DNA of 64,000 nt from Elusimicrobiota bacterium (GTDB lineage Bacteria; Elusimicrobiota; Elusimicrobia; UBA1565; UBA9628), in assembly GCA_027319565.1 (NCBI GenBank), contig DAHVNA010000001.1:139526-203525 (forward strand), written 5' to 3'. The position numbers and the translations under genes are program-made. Under the pieces are notes generated by a model that worked only from the letters and a program-made list of their open reading frames with translations, ran no database searches and had not been told where the DNA came from. This document shows positions 1-10,312 of this stretch, piece after piece; positions within the stretch are counted from its first letter, which is position 1, and every line of letters starts with the position of its first letter.

Positions 1-143
1 TGTCTCAGGTTTTGAACGCTTTGTCGAGCTTGGGATATAAAAATTCGGAAGCGCGAGCGGCTTTAGAGGCCGTCATTGGCGAAAACGGAGAGGCGAATTT
101 GAGCGCGGAGGAAATCGTGCGCCGAGCGCTTAAGAAACTCTAA
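1..143 (+). CDS. ruvA: Holliday junction branch migration protein RuvA, C-terminal end (5' truncated by window)
   Basis: Hand translation [24 protein letters not shown]...[12 protein letters not shown] matches the RuvA domain III pattern (AL.SLGY...E..A); stop overlaps ruvB start (TAATG). Confidence 0.9.
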   Translation, partial: SQVLNALSSLGYKNSEARAALEAVIGENGEANLSAEEIVRRALKKL

Positions 144-1174
144 TGGGCGAGATTTCAGAGTCGGTTCTAATGCCGGATCCTGCGGCGGGAGAAGAGATTT
201 TTGACCGAGCCCTTCGCCCCAAGACTCTAGATGAATTTATCGGCCAAGAAAAACTCAAGGCCAACTTAAGGGTCTTTATCGAGGCCGCGCGCAAACGCAA
301 GGAGCCCTTGGACCATTGCCTCTTTTATTCTCCTCCGGGGCTCGGGAAAACGACCTTGTCCTATATCCTGGCGCGGGAAATGGGCGTTAATTTGAGAACT
401 TCCTCGGGGCCTATTTTAGAGCGCGCCGGAGATTTGGCCGCTCTTTTGACTGATTTAAGCGAGGGCGATATTTTCTTCATCGATGAAATTCACCGTTTAA
501 ACGCGGTGGTTGAAGAAGCTCTTTATCCAGTGATGGAAGATTTCACTTTTTTTGTTTCGACAGGTAAGGGCCCTTCCGCTTCAGTTTTAAAATTAGCGGT
601 TCCGCGCTTTACCTTGGTGGGGGCGACGACCCGGGCCGGGCTTTTAACCGGGCCGCTGAGAGACCGCTTTGGCATCGTCGGCAATCTCGGCTTTTATGAC
701 AATGCGGAGCTTGAAAAAATCGTTCTTCGTAGCGCCGGAATTTTAAAAATTCGCATATCCAATGACGGAGCTTCGGAGATTGCTCGCCGCTGCCGCCAAA
801 CCCCCAGAATCGCCAACCGCCTTTTGCGTCGCGTGCGCGATTTCGCGGATGTCAAAGGCCAAGGCCTTATTGATGGCCCCATCGCTCGTTATGGCTTGGA
901 TGCTCTTGAAGTTGATGCGGAGGGCTTGGACGCCGGCGACCGCCGGCTTTTGTCCGCGTTGATCGAGAAATTTTCCGGCGGACCCGTCGGCCTTGAAAAT
1001 CTGGCGATCGCGGTGGGAGAAGAGTTGGACACCTTGACCGATGTCATCGAGCCTTTCTTGATTCAGTCCGGATTTATGTCCCGCACCCCGCGGGGAAGAG
1101 TCGCTTCCCAAAAAGCGTATCGGCATTTAAATTTTCCCGTTCCTCCCGTGCAACAAGATGCCGGGCTCTTCTAG
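143..1174 (+). CDS. ruvB: Holliday junction DNA helicase RuvB
   Basis: [12 protein letters not shown], Walker [30 protein letters not shown]. Confidence 0.98.
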   Translation: MGEISESVLMPDPAAGEEIFDRALRPKTLDEFIGQEKLKANLRVFIEAARKRKEPLDHCLFYSPPGLGKTTLSYILAREMGVNLRTSSGPILERAGDLAALLTDLSEGDIFFIDEIHRLNAVVEEALYPVMEDFTFFVSTGKGPSASVLKLAVPRFTLVGATTRAGLLTGPLRDRFGIVGNLGFYDNAELEKIVLRSAGILKIRISNDGASEIARRCRQTPRIANRLLRRVRDFADVKGQGLIDGPIARYGLDALEVDAEGLDAGDRRLLSALIEKFSGGPVGLENLAIAVGEELDTLTDVIEPFLIQSGFMSRTPRGRVASQKAYRHLNFPVPPVQQDAGLF

Positions 1175-2303
1175 TCTTTCCAAGGCCGCTTTTTTCGCTT
1201 TAACCTTGATTTCTCTTGTCTCTCTAAACGCCTGGTCTCATGAGCGTTCGATTCGGGTGGGGATCGTTCCGCAGGCGGATTCATTTGTCTTTGTGGTTCA
1301 GGGCCATTACCAGGCGCTTGATTTTTTGGGACGTTCCAAAAATCTCGTGGATGGAAAGACCTACACCGTTAAACCATCCGCGAAACTTTTATCGTTAGGC
1401 CGCTGGACCTTGCCGGCCAAGGCTTGGCTTAAGAGCCAAGATCCCCATGCGGCTCTCTGGATCGGAGGACGGCGCTATCCCGGAAATTTTTTGGTGCTTC
1501 TAAATTCCAATAAGACGGTTACGGGAATTGAAATTATCGGCATTGAGACTTACTTGCTTGGAGTGGTCGGCCATGAGATGGACGCGTCTTGGCCGCTAGA
1601 GGCTTTAAAGGCCCAGGCGGTGGTGGCTAGAACCTTTGCCTATTTTCAGCTTGAGAAATACCATTCCCAGGGTTATGACTTGGGAGATGACGCGGGTTCT
1701 CAGGTCTACGGCGGGGTCAATCAAACGCCGAAAAACGTCGTTCTAGCGGTTGAGAAAACCAAGGGAGAAGTTTTAGGCTATCGGGGAAAACTCTTGAGCG
1801 TCTATTATCACTCTTGTTGCGGCGGCCATACCGCGGATGCGGGATGGGTGTGGGGATTTAAGAATACGCCGCGGCCTCTAAGGGGGGTGCGCGACCCTTA
1901 TTGCAAATTTTCCCCCGATTACCGTTGGAAGGTTTTTTTTAGATCGGATGAAATCAAGGCCGCGCTCGAGAGCCGCCGACTTTTGGGGGGAGCGCTTAAG
2001 TTTTTTAGAATCGGAACCGAGAAATATGATTACGCTAAAAGTTTCAAAGCTCAAATTGGAGATACCCCTTTGAGCGTGGATGCCAACCGATTTCGTTTGG
2101 CCTTGGGGCCTTCCAGCCTCAAAAGCGTGCGGATTTTTAGGATTAAAAGAGAATCGGGCGGCGTTGAGTTTTCCGGCGCGGGCTCGGGACACGGGGTGGG
2201 CCTTTGCCAATGGGGCGCGCGCGGCCAAGCCATGCGCGGCAGAAGCTATGAGAAGATCCTGAAATTTTATTTTCCCGGTTCGGTTCTTTCTGTCGTCGAG
2301 TAA
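1158..2303 (+). CDS. SpoIID/LytB domain protein (peptidoglycan lytic transglycosylase-like)
   Basis: Signal peptide; [52 protein letters not shown] motifs. Confidence 0.92.
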   Translation: MPGSSSLSKAAFFALTLISLVSLNAWSHERSIRVGIVPQADSFVFVVQGHYQALDFLGRSKNLVDGKTYTVKPSAKLLSLGRWTLPAKAWLKSQDPHAALWIGGRRYPGNFLVLLNSNKTVTGIEIIGIETYLLGVVGHEMDASWPLEALKAQAVVARTFAYFQLEKYHSQGYDLGDDAGSQVYGGVNQTPKNVVLAVEKTKGEVLGYRGKLLSVYYHSCCGGHTADAGWVWGFKNTPRPLRGVRDPYCKFSPDYRWKVFFRSDEIKAALESRRLLGGALKFFRIGTEKYDYAKSFKAQIGDTPLSVDANRFRLALGPSSLKSVRIFRIKRESGGVEFSGAGSGHGVGLCQWGARGQAMRGRSYEKILKFYFPGSVLSVVE

Positions 2304-2337
2304 AAATGATTTTTTAGGTTTTTATGATCACTGCCTC

Positions 2338-2366
2338 TTGAATCTTCGTTTCAGTTCTGTTAATCT
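2338..2366 (+). promoter_or_regulatory. Sigma70-type promoter for the two-component cluster
   Basis: TTGAAT-17 nt-TAATCT with TG extended -10, upstream of ATG 2415. Confidence 0.55.
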
Positions 2367-2414
2367 GTTGGAGGTGTCGGTTGGTTAAAGGGTTTAAGAA
2401 ACGGGAGAACGGTC

Positions 2415-2852
2415 ATGAACTATCATCTAAAACGGATTAATCCATATTGGCATAATCATCCCATGATTCCCACCGGGGTCGTGGTGGGAGTTATCTGCGC
2501 GGCCATGGGCTTTGCCGCTCAACGCCCGGCTATAGAAATCGTAGGAGTGTCGATCGCGGGATTATCTCTCTTTGTCGCGGTCAAGCCCGTCTTTTCCCTC
2601 TTGTTTTCTTTGATTGGGCTTTTTGGAGGAGTCAGCACGTTTTTGATCGCCCCCGGGCTTAACGCCGACAGCTTGACGCCACCGCTTAAGTTTATTTCCA
2701 TTCTTCTATTCACCGCGTTTTATGCGGCGCTCATGGACGCGATGCTTTTGGTCGTGGCGGTGATTTATAATTTCCTGGTCGGCCCTGGGGGCCTTTCCGG
2801 GCTTCATCTTGAATTATCCGAGGCGGAGGCGGAAGAAGAGGTCGAGGGATGA
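2415..2852 (+). CDS. Hypothetical membrane protein (about 4 TM, acidic tail)
   Basis: Hydrophobic segments, GGAG RBS, ATGA coupling to the next gene. Confidence 0.75.
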   Translation: MNYHLKRINPYWHNHPMIPTGVVVGVICAAMGFAAQRPAIEIVGVSIAGLSLFVAVKPVFSLLFSLIGLFGGVSTFLIAPGLNADSLTPPLKFISILLFTAFYAALMDAMLLVVAVIYNFLVGPGGLSGLHLELSEAEAEEEVEG

Positions 2853-3673
2853 AAATCAACGCCATTTACGCCTCGCGCGAACCCAATCGCGCAGCAGTTT
2901 TAATTGAAGCGTTATCGGCCAATCAGTTCGCTGTGTCTGTGGCGCAAAAATCCAAAGAGGTTTTGGATCAACTCTCTAAGCAGAACGCTAGTCTTCTTTT
3001 AATGGGAGAAAAACTACTTGATGCTGACGGAGTTTCATTCGTTAAAAACCTAAGGGCCAAAGGGGCTTATAAGCAAATGCCGGTGGTGGCGGTCGTCGAA
3101 CATGGAGAAACCCAGGCGGTTGCCCCGCGGCGGAGCGCATATGCGGCCTTTGGGAAAAAGCCCGTTGACGCCATTCGCGTCAAATTTTCCGGCGAGGGAA
3201 CTTCAAATGGAGTGGCCGCTTCCGCGTCTTCCCAGGCGAGCATTCGCCTCGCGTTTTTTAACGCGGGAGCGGATGAGTGTCTTTCTCTGAATTGGGATGC
3301 GGCGGAATGTGTTGCCCGCATCAAAGCTCTTTTGAGGCGCACCCAAACGGTTCCTTCCGAAGAAATCATCAAGATGGGGCTTATCGAACTTAATTTGACA
3401 AGTTACACCCTTCATATTGGCGGCAAAAAAGTTAATTTAACTTCTAAGGAACTCGATTTGCTTTATGTTTTCCTAAGTTCGTCAAATCGCGTTTTAAGCC
3501 GTCCGTATTTAATTGAGCGCGTCTGGGGATATAACTATTTCGGGTCTCCGCGGACGGTGGATGTTCATGTGAGGCGTTTGCGGGAAAAATTAGGCCCGGC
3601 GGCAAAGTACGTGACGACCATCCCTTGCGTGGGATATAAATTGATTCCCCCAAGTTCTGAAATGCGGAGGTAG
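2849..3673 (+). CDS. OmpR/PhoB-family transcriptional regulator with degenerate (pseudo) receiver domain
   Basis: C-terminal winged helix LTSKELDLL...VWGYNY...RTVDVHVRRLREKL...GYK; receiver lacks the acidic pocket and phospho-Asp. Confidence 0.88.
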   Translation: MKINAIYASREPNRAAVLIEALSANQFAVSVAQKSKEVLDQLSKQNASLLLMGEKLLDADGVSFVKNLRAKGAYKQMPVVAVVEHGETQAVAPRRSAYAAFGKKPVDAIRVKFSGEGTSNGVAASASSQASIRLAFFNAGADECLSLNWDAAECVARIKALLRRTQTVPSEEIIKMGLIELNLTSYTLHIGGKKVNLTSKELDLLYVFLSSSNRVLSRPYLIERVWGYNYFGSPRTVDVHVRRLREKLGPAAKYVTTIPCVGYKLIPPSSEMRR

Positions 3674-3678
3674 CGAAC

Positions 3679-4065
3679 ATGACAAAACAAAGCCATTCCA
3701 AGCTTCTGGTGATCGACGACGACGCCCATCTGCGCGAGAGTTTGGCCGAGGTTTTGGAACTGGACGGATTTGAATGCTTTCAGGCGGGAACGGCCAAGGC
3801 CGGGCTTGAGAGCGCGGCGAAAATCAATCCCGAGATTGTCATCATGGATATTCAATTGCCGGATTCCTCTGGTTTTCAGATATGCCAGGAACTGCGCAAG
3901 CGCTCGAAAACGACGATATTGATTATGATGACGGGGCGTTTTTTGTCTTTAGACGAGAAAAAACAGGGTTTTGCCTTGGGCGCGGATGATTATTTGACCA
4001 AACCTTTCGATATCGTTGAGCTTTCTGCGCGAATCCGGCAAATGCTGACCCGCCGGAAGGGTTAA
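3679..4065 (+). CDS. Single-domain response regulator (CheY-like)
   Basis: VIDDD, IMDIQLP, MMTG, GADDYLTKPF. Confidence 0.95.
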   Translation: MTKQSHSKLLVIDDDAHLRESLAEVLELDGFECFQAGTAKAGLESAAKINPEIVIMDIQLPDSSGFQICQELRKRSKTTILIMMTGRFLSLDEKKQGFALGADDYLTKPFDIVELSARIRQMLTRRKG

Positions 4066-4076
4066 TCTTAGGCCTC

Positions 4077-5957
4077 ATGCCATCATCGGCTCAAAGAGGC
4101 AAACTCGCCTATAAAATTCTTCTCTGGTTTTTGGTCATTTCTCTAATTCCGATGGGAGTCGCCGGGCTCTATTTGATTAATATTTCCCAGGCTTCTCTTC
4201 ATCAGCAAATTTTGGGGACGGAAAAATCCTTGGCCGAGAGTTTTGCCGAAACGGTCTATAAATATATCGCGACCTATCGGGATATTCTGGAAGAATCCGC
4301 GGCTTTGCCGCAATTTGTTTCGGGAAATAAAGAAGAGGAAGAGTCTTATCTCAAGCGCCTGATGAGCCTTCATGTCGCTATTTTAGAGCTCTCGGTTTTG
4401 GATTCTTCCGGCCATGAAACGATTCGGGAAGGGCGATTCCTCGGGCCCAACCCGCAGTTGCGCGATATGGAATCGGAGGGTTTTTTCGATACGGCTTTGG
4501 CGCGGGGGGAATTTATCGGCGGCCTTAAACGCTTTCAAGGCATTTATCCGACGGTGACAATCGCGGTTTCTATCGGATCGCCGAAATCGGGGCACACTCC
4601 CTTGGGAGTCTTGGCGGCTAAAATCAGCCTCAATGGACTTTCTTCAATGTTGTCCATGGAGTTTCCGCCTTCCAGCCAAACCTCGGCCGCCGTGGCCGCC
4701 CCGGACGGATTTCTGATCGCCCACTCCGATCCGGAAAAAGTTTATAAGCCGGACGCGCGTTTAAACAGCGAGATATTAAAAATTTTAACCACCCAGGTCG
4801 CTGATTCCGGCGGGGGAGAAATAACCCTTTCCGATGGGAAAAACTTTTTAAGCGCTTATGCCGATGTCAATGGTTTGGACTGGATCGTCTATGTTCAAGA
4901 GTCTATTCAAGCCGCCTATCATACGGCGGCGCGAATGCGCTCGCAGATTTTGCGGCTGTTGGTCTGGGTGATTATCGCGATTATCGTTTTATCCTTGGCG
5001 GTTTCAAGGCATATCACGCAGCCATTAAGGGCTCTTAAGGACGCGGCTCGAAAAGTCGGCATGGGGCAATTTGAGGATTTCCCGGAAGTCCTTACCACTA
5101 ACGATGAGATTGGAGATCTGGCCCAAGCGTTTTTGTCGATGAGCGAGTCGTTAAAAGAAAAAACCGGGGAACTGGTCGACACTAAACAAGAGCTTGAACG
5201 CTTGAACCGGACCCTTGAAAAGCGGGTCGAAGCGCGCACAAGAGAACTTAAAGCGGCGCAGGAAGAATTGATCAAAAAAGAGCGCTTAGCCGCGATCGGA
5301 CAGATGGCTTCGGTGGTCGGCCATGAGATACGCAACCCGTTAGCCGTCATCAATAACTCGATTTACTTTATTAAAACGAAATTGGCGTCTGTCTTGGCGC
5401 AGGACCCGAAAGTCTCAAAGCACGTCAAAATCATAGAATCCGAGATTCAACAGGCCAATGGGATTATCAACGAGATATTGACCTATTCACGGCAGCGCGA
5501 GCTTCAGCCCGAGACGGTTCGGCTCAATGATTGGCTGGAAGAGCTTCTTTCGGTGTATCCATTTCCTTCTCATATTACGGTTCAAAAAATTTTCGTTCCC
5601 TCCAATCCGCCGGTTGAAATCGACTTGACCGAGATGCAGCAAGCTTTAAGAAATTTAATTGGGAACGCCATTGAGGTGATGCCGGAAAAAGGGATTTTAG
5701 GCGTTAAGACGTTTTTGTCTCAAGCCAACATGGCGGCTATCGAGATTTCTGACACCGGGCCCGGCATTCCCCCGGAGACGCTTGAAAAAATATTCGCGCC
5801 ATTTTTTACTACCAAGGCCCGCGGAACGGGCCTGGGGCTGGCGGTCGTAAAAAAAGTCATCGATCGCCACGGGGGAAAAGTGGAAGTGGCTAGCGTCGTG
5901 GGGCGCGGGACTATTTTTCGTCTCCATATTCCGATTTCCCAGAAGGTGGAAGCATGA
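4077..5957 (+). CDS. Membrane sensor histidine kinase (Cache-HAMP-HisKA-HATPase)
   Basis: Two TM, HAMP (DEIGDLA), H-box GHEIRNPL, NLIGNA, DTGPGI, PFFTTK, GTGLGL. Confidence 0.95.
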   Translation: MPSSAQRGKLAYKILLWFLVISLIPMGVAGLYLINISQASLHQQILGTEKSLAESFAETVYKYIATYRDILEESAALPQFVSGNKEEEESYLKRLMSLHVAILELSVLDSSGHETIREGRFLGPNPQLRDMESEGFFDTALARGEFIGGLKRFQGIYPTVTIAVSIGSPKSGHTPLGVLAAKISLNGLSSMLSMEFPPSSQTSAAVAAPDGFLIAHSDPEKVYKPDARLNSEILKILTTQVADSGGGEITLSDGKNFLSAYADVNGLDWIVYVQESIQAAYHTAARMRSQILRLLVWVIIAIIVLSLAVSRHITQPLRALKDAARKVGMGQFEDFPEVLTTNDEIGDLAQAFLSMSESLKEKTGELVDTKQELERLNRTLEKRVEARTRELKAAQEELIKKERLAAIGQMASVVGHEIRNPLAVINNSIYFIKTKLASVLAQDPKVSKHVKIIESEIQQANGIINEILTYSRQRELQPETVRLNDWLEELLSVYPFPSHITVQKIFVPSNPPVEIDLTEMQQALRNLIGNAIEVMPEKGILGVKTFLSQANMAAIEISDTGPGIPPETLEKIFAPFFTTKARGTGLGLAVVKKVIDRHGGKVEVASVVGRGTIFRLHIPISQKVEA

Positions 5958-7102
5958 CAGAACCGAAGGCGCGTATTCTCATTGTCGATGACGATCCCCA
6001 TATCCGCGAATCTCTGTTGGATGTTCTGGAAGACGCCGGTTACGAGGTTTTTACGGCCTCCAGGGAGAAAGAGGCCTTGGACAAGGTTCACTCGCATAGT
6101 TTTGACGTGATCTTGATGGATTATAATCTTCCGGATTCAACCGGAATCCAGGTGATCAAGAAAATCAAAAAAATTAGGCCGATTGATTCCCAAAGCCAGA
6201 TATTGATGCTTACCGCGGATAAAAGCCAAGAGACGGCGGTCATGGCCATTCAGGAATCCGTGGCGGATTTTCTCGTCAAGCCGGTTGATGTCGATCGCCT
6301 TAAACGAGTCATTTCAAATTCCCTGGAAAAGCTTCGCTTGATTCGGGAAAACGAGAGAATAACGCTTCAGCTTAAGAAAAGCAACGAGGAACTCGAGCAT
6401 TTGGACCGGATGAAATCTAAATTTCTCTCAATGTCTTCGCATGATTTATCCAATGCCTTAATGGCTCTTCAGGCCAGTTTTGAACTTCTTTCTCAAACGA
6501 TGAACCCCTCGGAAGAGCAGACAAAAAGAATGCTCGCTATTTCTTCCAGCATCAGCCAATTAACTCGCCTGACCGCCGATTTAGTCGACTGGGCGTCCAT
6601 TGAAAGTGGAAAATTCAGAATTGAGCGGGAAATCTGCTCTCCAGAAACTCTGCTACGGGAAATCTTGCTGGGTTCTCAAGCTCGCGCGCAGGCGCGGGGA
6701 ATTAAGTTTACGGAAAAAATAGAAAAATCCTTGCCCGATATTTATGCCGACAAGAGGCGTATTTCCCAGGTTCTTAATAACCTGCTTGAAAATGCCATTC
6801 GCTACACTTCCAAAGGCGGAGAAATTCTGGTCTATGCGATGAAACTCGCCAACGGCAATGCGGAAACCGCGATTCAATTTGGAGTTAAAGACTCCGGAGA
6901 TGGGATACCGCCAAGCGAACTCGGTAAAATCTTCCAAAGTTTTTATCAAGGCTCCGATTCCTCTAAAAGCGGACGCCTGGGGCTGGGATTGGCGACTTCT
7001 AAAGAAATTGTCGAGGCTCACGGCGGAAGGATCTGGGTTGAAAGCGAAGGAGTCGGGCGCGGCGCGACTTTCTTTTTTACGGTTCCCACCTCGAAAAAAT
7101 GA
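5954..7102 (+). CDS. Cytoplasmic hybrid receiver-histidine kinase
   Basis: IVDDD..LMDYNLP..KP receiver; SHDLSNAL H-box; NLLENA, DSGDGI, GLGL. Confidence 0.93.
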   Translation: MTEPKARILIVDDDPHIRESLLDVLEDAGYEVFTASREKEALDKVHSHSFDVILMDYNLPDSTGIQVIKKIKKIRPIDSQSQILMLTADKSQETAVMAIQESVADFLVKPVDVDRLKRVISNSLEKLRLIRENERITLQLKKSNEELEHLDRMKSKFLSMSSHDLSNALMALQASFELLSQTMNPSEEQTKRMLAISSSISQLTRLTADLVDWASIESGKFRIEREICSPETLLREILLGSQARAQARGIKFTEKIEKSLPDIYADKRRISQVLNNLLENAIRYTSKGGEILVYAMKLANGNAETAIQFGVKDSGDGIPPSELGKIFQSFYQGSDSSKSGRLGLGLATSKEIVEAHGGRIWVESEGVGRGATFFFTVPTSKK

Positions 7103-9165
7103 CGACTTTTCGCCGATGGGGGCGGCTTTTCTTGCCTCTCGCTTTTATTTCCTGCGCGACAGTCAAAGTTCCCATGTCGGTAACGTTTCCGCCGGCCATC
7201 GATTTGTCTCCTTACCATCGCTTCGCTTTTGGCGACATGAACGGCAATCTCGGCCATCGTTTTCAAGACGCTTTGGAAAGTTATTTGTCGCGCTCCAAAA
7301 ATTTTAATTTCATAAATAGAGACCGGCTTAATGTGTTGACTGCGGAATATGACCTGACTCAGGCGCAAAATTCAGCGGATGCTCAAATGAACGCTATTGC
7401 GATGAAGGTTCATGGCGCGGCGTTTATTTCGGGAACCATTAATCAAAATTATTACCAGTTCATTCAAGAGTCGCCGGATACCTGTCAATGGAATAACCGC
7501 GCTCATCCCTGCCCGTTAAAAACACGGGTCGGGCGGATTCGCATCGGCGGGCATTTGGATGTGACAAGTGCCGTAAGTGGAAAATTGATTCACTCCCAAG
7601 CGATATCAAAAGTTTGTCAGGCTCAGAGCCAGGCCAAAAACGCTTCTCCGCCTCCCATCGATCGCTCGCAGTTGACGCAAAATTGCGTTAATTCCGCGGC
7701 GCGGGATTTGGCGATGCTTTTTTTGCCCTCAAGGAAAATGTTTTATCCAAGTTTCATAAAAGTGGGGGATATCCCGGCGGTGGCCCGGGGAATTGGAGAT
7801 GTGGAGGCCGGAGACATAGCCCAAGCGGCCAAGGATTTTAACGCGGCCCTTAAAGATCCCAAGGTCGGCTCTAGGGATTTTGATAAAAAGTCTTTGTCTG
7901 AAATCTATTGGGATCTCGCGTTGGCCCAAGAATATTCCTGGCAGTTTGGGCCGGCCTTGGATTCCCTCAAGAAATCATATGCGCTTAACCCGGTTTTAAA
8001 AACGCAAAAAGAAGAATCCCAGCTTCTTAATTTTGAATCCGCGCGAAGACGGCTTTTAGGCGTTACTCCCCTGATGCTGGCGGTCGAAGGTGGGGCTTTT
8101 CATCAAGTTCAAACTCTTCTTCAAAAAGGCGCGGACCCTAATTTGCAGGATGCCTCGGGAAATACGGCCTTAATGCGCGCCGTTCAGAAACAGAACTTGG
8201 CGATGGTCCAAATTCTTCTTCGCCATGGGGCTTGGCCCACGATTAGAAATAATCAAGGACTGAGCGCTTTGGATATGTCTAAAAATCCAAAAATTTCCGA
8301 TCTGTTGAGAGAAGATTTTTCAAAACCTTCGGTTTCCCATCCAGAAAAGCCCGCGCGGCCTTCAAAAATCGTAATTCATTCCGATGTGGATAAAATTCCT
8401 TACCATCTTCCGGAAGACCCGTTTAAAATCGCACTGGTCGTCGGCATTGAACACTATGAAAACAATCTCCCATCGGCTGATTTTGCCGACCACGACGCCG
8501 AAGTCATGCGCGAGCATTTAATGGCTTTGGGCTATGCTCCGCGCCATATCCATTGGCTCAAAGATGAAGAAGCGACTCGCGCGGCCTTGGTCAAAAATTT
8601 TGAGGGCTGGCTGCCTCAAGTCGTTTCCTCATCTTCTACCGTTTTCTTTTATTACTCCGGTCACGGGGCCGCCGATCCGCAGACGCATAAAACTTATTTG
8701 GTTCCAGCGGATGGAGATCCCAATTATCTTCAAGAAACGGCTTATCCTCTTTCCCGTCTTTACTCGACTCTTGGAAAATTATCCGCAAAACGGGTGATTG
8801 TCGTTTTAGACTCTTGCTTTTCAGGCCGCGGCGCGAGGTCTTTGTCTCCCACGGGAATGCGGCCTTTGGTGACCGTCTCTCCATCCGCGCCTATTTCAAA
8901 AGGGAGGGTTGTTGCCATGACCGCTGCTTCCGGGACCCAGATCGCGGAAGTTCTTAATTCCGAGGGCCATGGCTTGTTTACTTATTATTTTTTGAAGGGC
9001 CTTAATGGCGCGGCCACAACGCCAGTGAAAGTCATTACCTTGCAATCTCTCTATCATTATTTAAGGCCCGAGGTCGAAGACGCCGCAGGCCTTAAAAACC
9101 GGACTCAGACGCCGGAGTTTTTGCCGCAAAGACTTCTGAATGCGGCGCCGATTGTCTTGCGATAA
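7099..9165 (+). CDS. Lipoprotein with TPR-like helices, ankyrin repeats and C-terminal caspase-like (peptidase C14) domain
   Basis: Lipobox-like AFISC; GVTPLMLA and GNTALMRA ankyrin repeats; ALVVGIEHY, YSGHG, LDSCFSG, GLFTYYFLKGL. Confidence 0.88.
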   Translation: MTTFRRWGRLFLPLAFISCATVKVPMSVTFPPAIDLSPYHRFAFGDMNGNLGHRFQDALESYLSRSKNFNFINRDRLNVLTAEYDLTQAQNSADAQMNAIAMKVHGAAFISGTINQNYYQFIQESPDTCQWNNRAHPCPLKTRVGRIRIGGHLDVTSAVSGKLIHSQAISKVCQAQSQAKNASPPPIDRSQLTQNCVNSAARDLAMLFLPSRKMFYPSFIKVGDIPAVARGIGDVEAGDIAQAAKDFNAALKDPKVGSRDFDKKSLSEIYWDLALAQEYSWQFGPALDSLKKSYALNPVLKTQKEESQLLNFESARRRLLGVTPLMLAVEGGAFHQVQTLLQKGADPNLQDASGNTALMRAVQKQNLAMVQILLRHGAWPTIRNNQGLSALDMSKNPKISDLLREDFSKPSVSHPEKPARPSKIVIHSDVDKIPYHLPEDPFKIALVVGIEHYENNLPSADFADHDAEVMREHLMALGYAPRHIHWLKDEEATRAALVKNFEGWLPQVVSSSSTVFFYYSGHGAADPQTHKTYLVPADGDPNYLQETAYPLSRLYSTLGKLSAKRVIVVLDSCFSGRGARSLSPTGMRPLVTVSPSAPISKGRVVAMTAASGTQIAEVLNSEGHGLFTYYFLKGLNGAATTPVKVITLQSLYHYLRPEVEDAAGLKNRTQTPEFLPQRLLNAAPIVLR

Positions 9166-9259
9166 ATTTTTCAATGGATGAGCGATTCCATGCAAACTCA
9201 TCTGGCATTGGATAATTCTAGCACGTGTGGGGGATTTTGGAAAGTGCTAAAATTCCACA

Positions 9260-10312
9260 GTGGGATACTTAAAAGGACTCGCGAAACGGGCGGAAGAAAG
9301 CGGTAAGGCGTATTTAAGGTCTCAATTTTTTAGGTTTTTACCGGTTTTGCCTCCGCCCAAGACTCCGGTCGACGTAAAAGCTGTTTCCCGCATTTTAGCC
9401 GTTCGTTCCGACGCGCGCTTAGGAAATATACTTCTTTTAACTCCGGCTCTGCGCTTAATTAAAGAGGCTTTTCCATCCGCACAAACGGATATCTTGATGC
9501 CGCAAGCTTATGCCGCGGCCTTAAAATTTAACCCTTGCGTCTCCCGGGTTTTAAGTCCCAAAGAATGGCCGCTTCTGCGCTTTTTCGGTTATGATCTCGC
9601 TTTTGATTTTTCCTCCTACCATGCTTTTTCTCTCTCGGGTGCGTTGTGGAGCGCTTGGTCCGGTGCGCGCTGGAGGTTGGGATATCAACGTGGGGAATCG
9701 GATAGATTCATTAATATGCCTGTTCTCTGCCCTCGGGAAAAATTTCATGAGACCGTTAATTTAGCGCGCCTGGTGCGCGAGGCGGCGGGAAGGCCTTTAA
9801 GGCCCGATTCGGATTTAAGGCTTGAGTGGCATTGGGGTCCCGGTGAAAAAGAAGAGGGAGAAAAATTCTGGCGAAATCAGGGGTTGGATCAAGAATCCGT
9901 GGCTCTGTTCATCGGAGCTCGGGATCAGAAGCGACTCCCGCTGGCCTGGTTTTTAGAAATAGCCTCTCTTTTGCGCGCCCAGGGGAGAAAAACCGCTCTT
10001 CTCGCGGGTCCTGCGGAAAGACGTTTGATTGAGAATGTGTCCTTGCCCGTAGAGACGGTTTTACTGCCGGAGATGCCTTTAAGAAAATTTGCCGCCGCTT
10101 TATCCAATGCGAGAGCGGTTTTAACGGCCGACACGGGGCCGATGCATCTTTGCGTTTCTCTTAATATTCCGACGGTCGAACTCTTTAGCCACAGCGAGCC
10201 TTGGAGGTTTGGCTATTCTCATTGGCCTTCCCATCGGGTGATAGAGACCCCAGGCCGATGGGCGGAAGTGGGAGAGGTCTGGCCGGTTTTATCAGGGCTT
10301 CTTAACCGTTGA
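9260..10312 (+). CDS. Glycosyltransferase family 9 (LPS heptosyltransferase-like)
   Basis: RSDARLGNILL and TADTGPMHL motifs. Confidence 0.88.
   Translation: MGYLKGLAKRAEESGKAYLRSQFFRFLPVLPPPKTPVDVKAVSRILAVRSDARLGNILLLTPALRLIKEAFPSAQTDILMPQAYAAALKFNPCVSRVLSPKEWPLLRFFGYDLAFDFSSYHAFSLSGALWSAWSGARWRLGYQRGESDRFINMPVLCPREKFHETVNLARLVREAAGRPLRPDSDLRLEWHWGPGEKEEGEKFWRNQGLDQESVALFIGARDQKRLPLAWFLEIASLLRAQGRKTALLAGPAERRLIENVSLPVETVLLPEMPLRKFAAALSNARAVLTADTGPMHLCVSLNIPTVELFSHSEPWRFGYSHWPSHRVIETPGRWAEVGEVWPVLSGLLNR

Noticed and set aside
143..2303. SpoIID-like gene as evidence of sporulation
   Set aside because: SpoIID/LytB domains are widespread in non-sporulating bacteria and often follow ruvAB.
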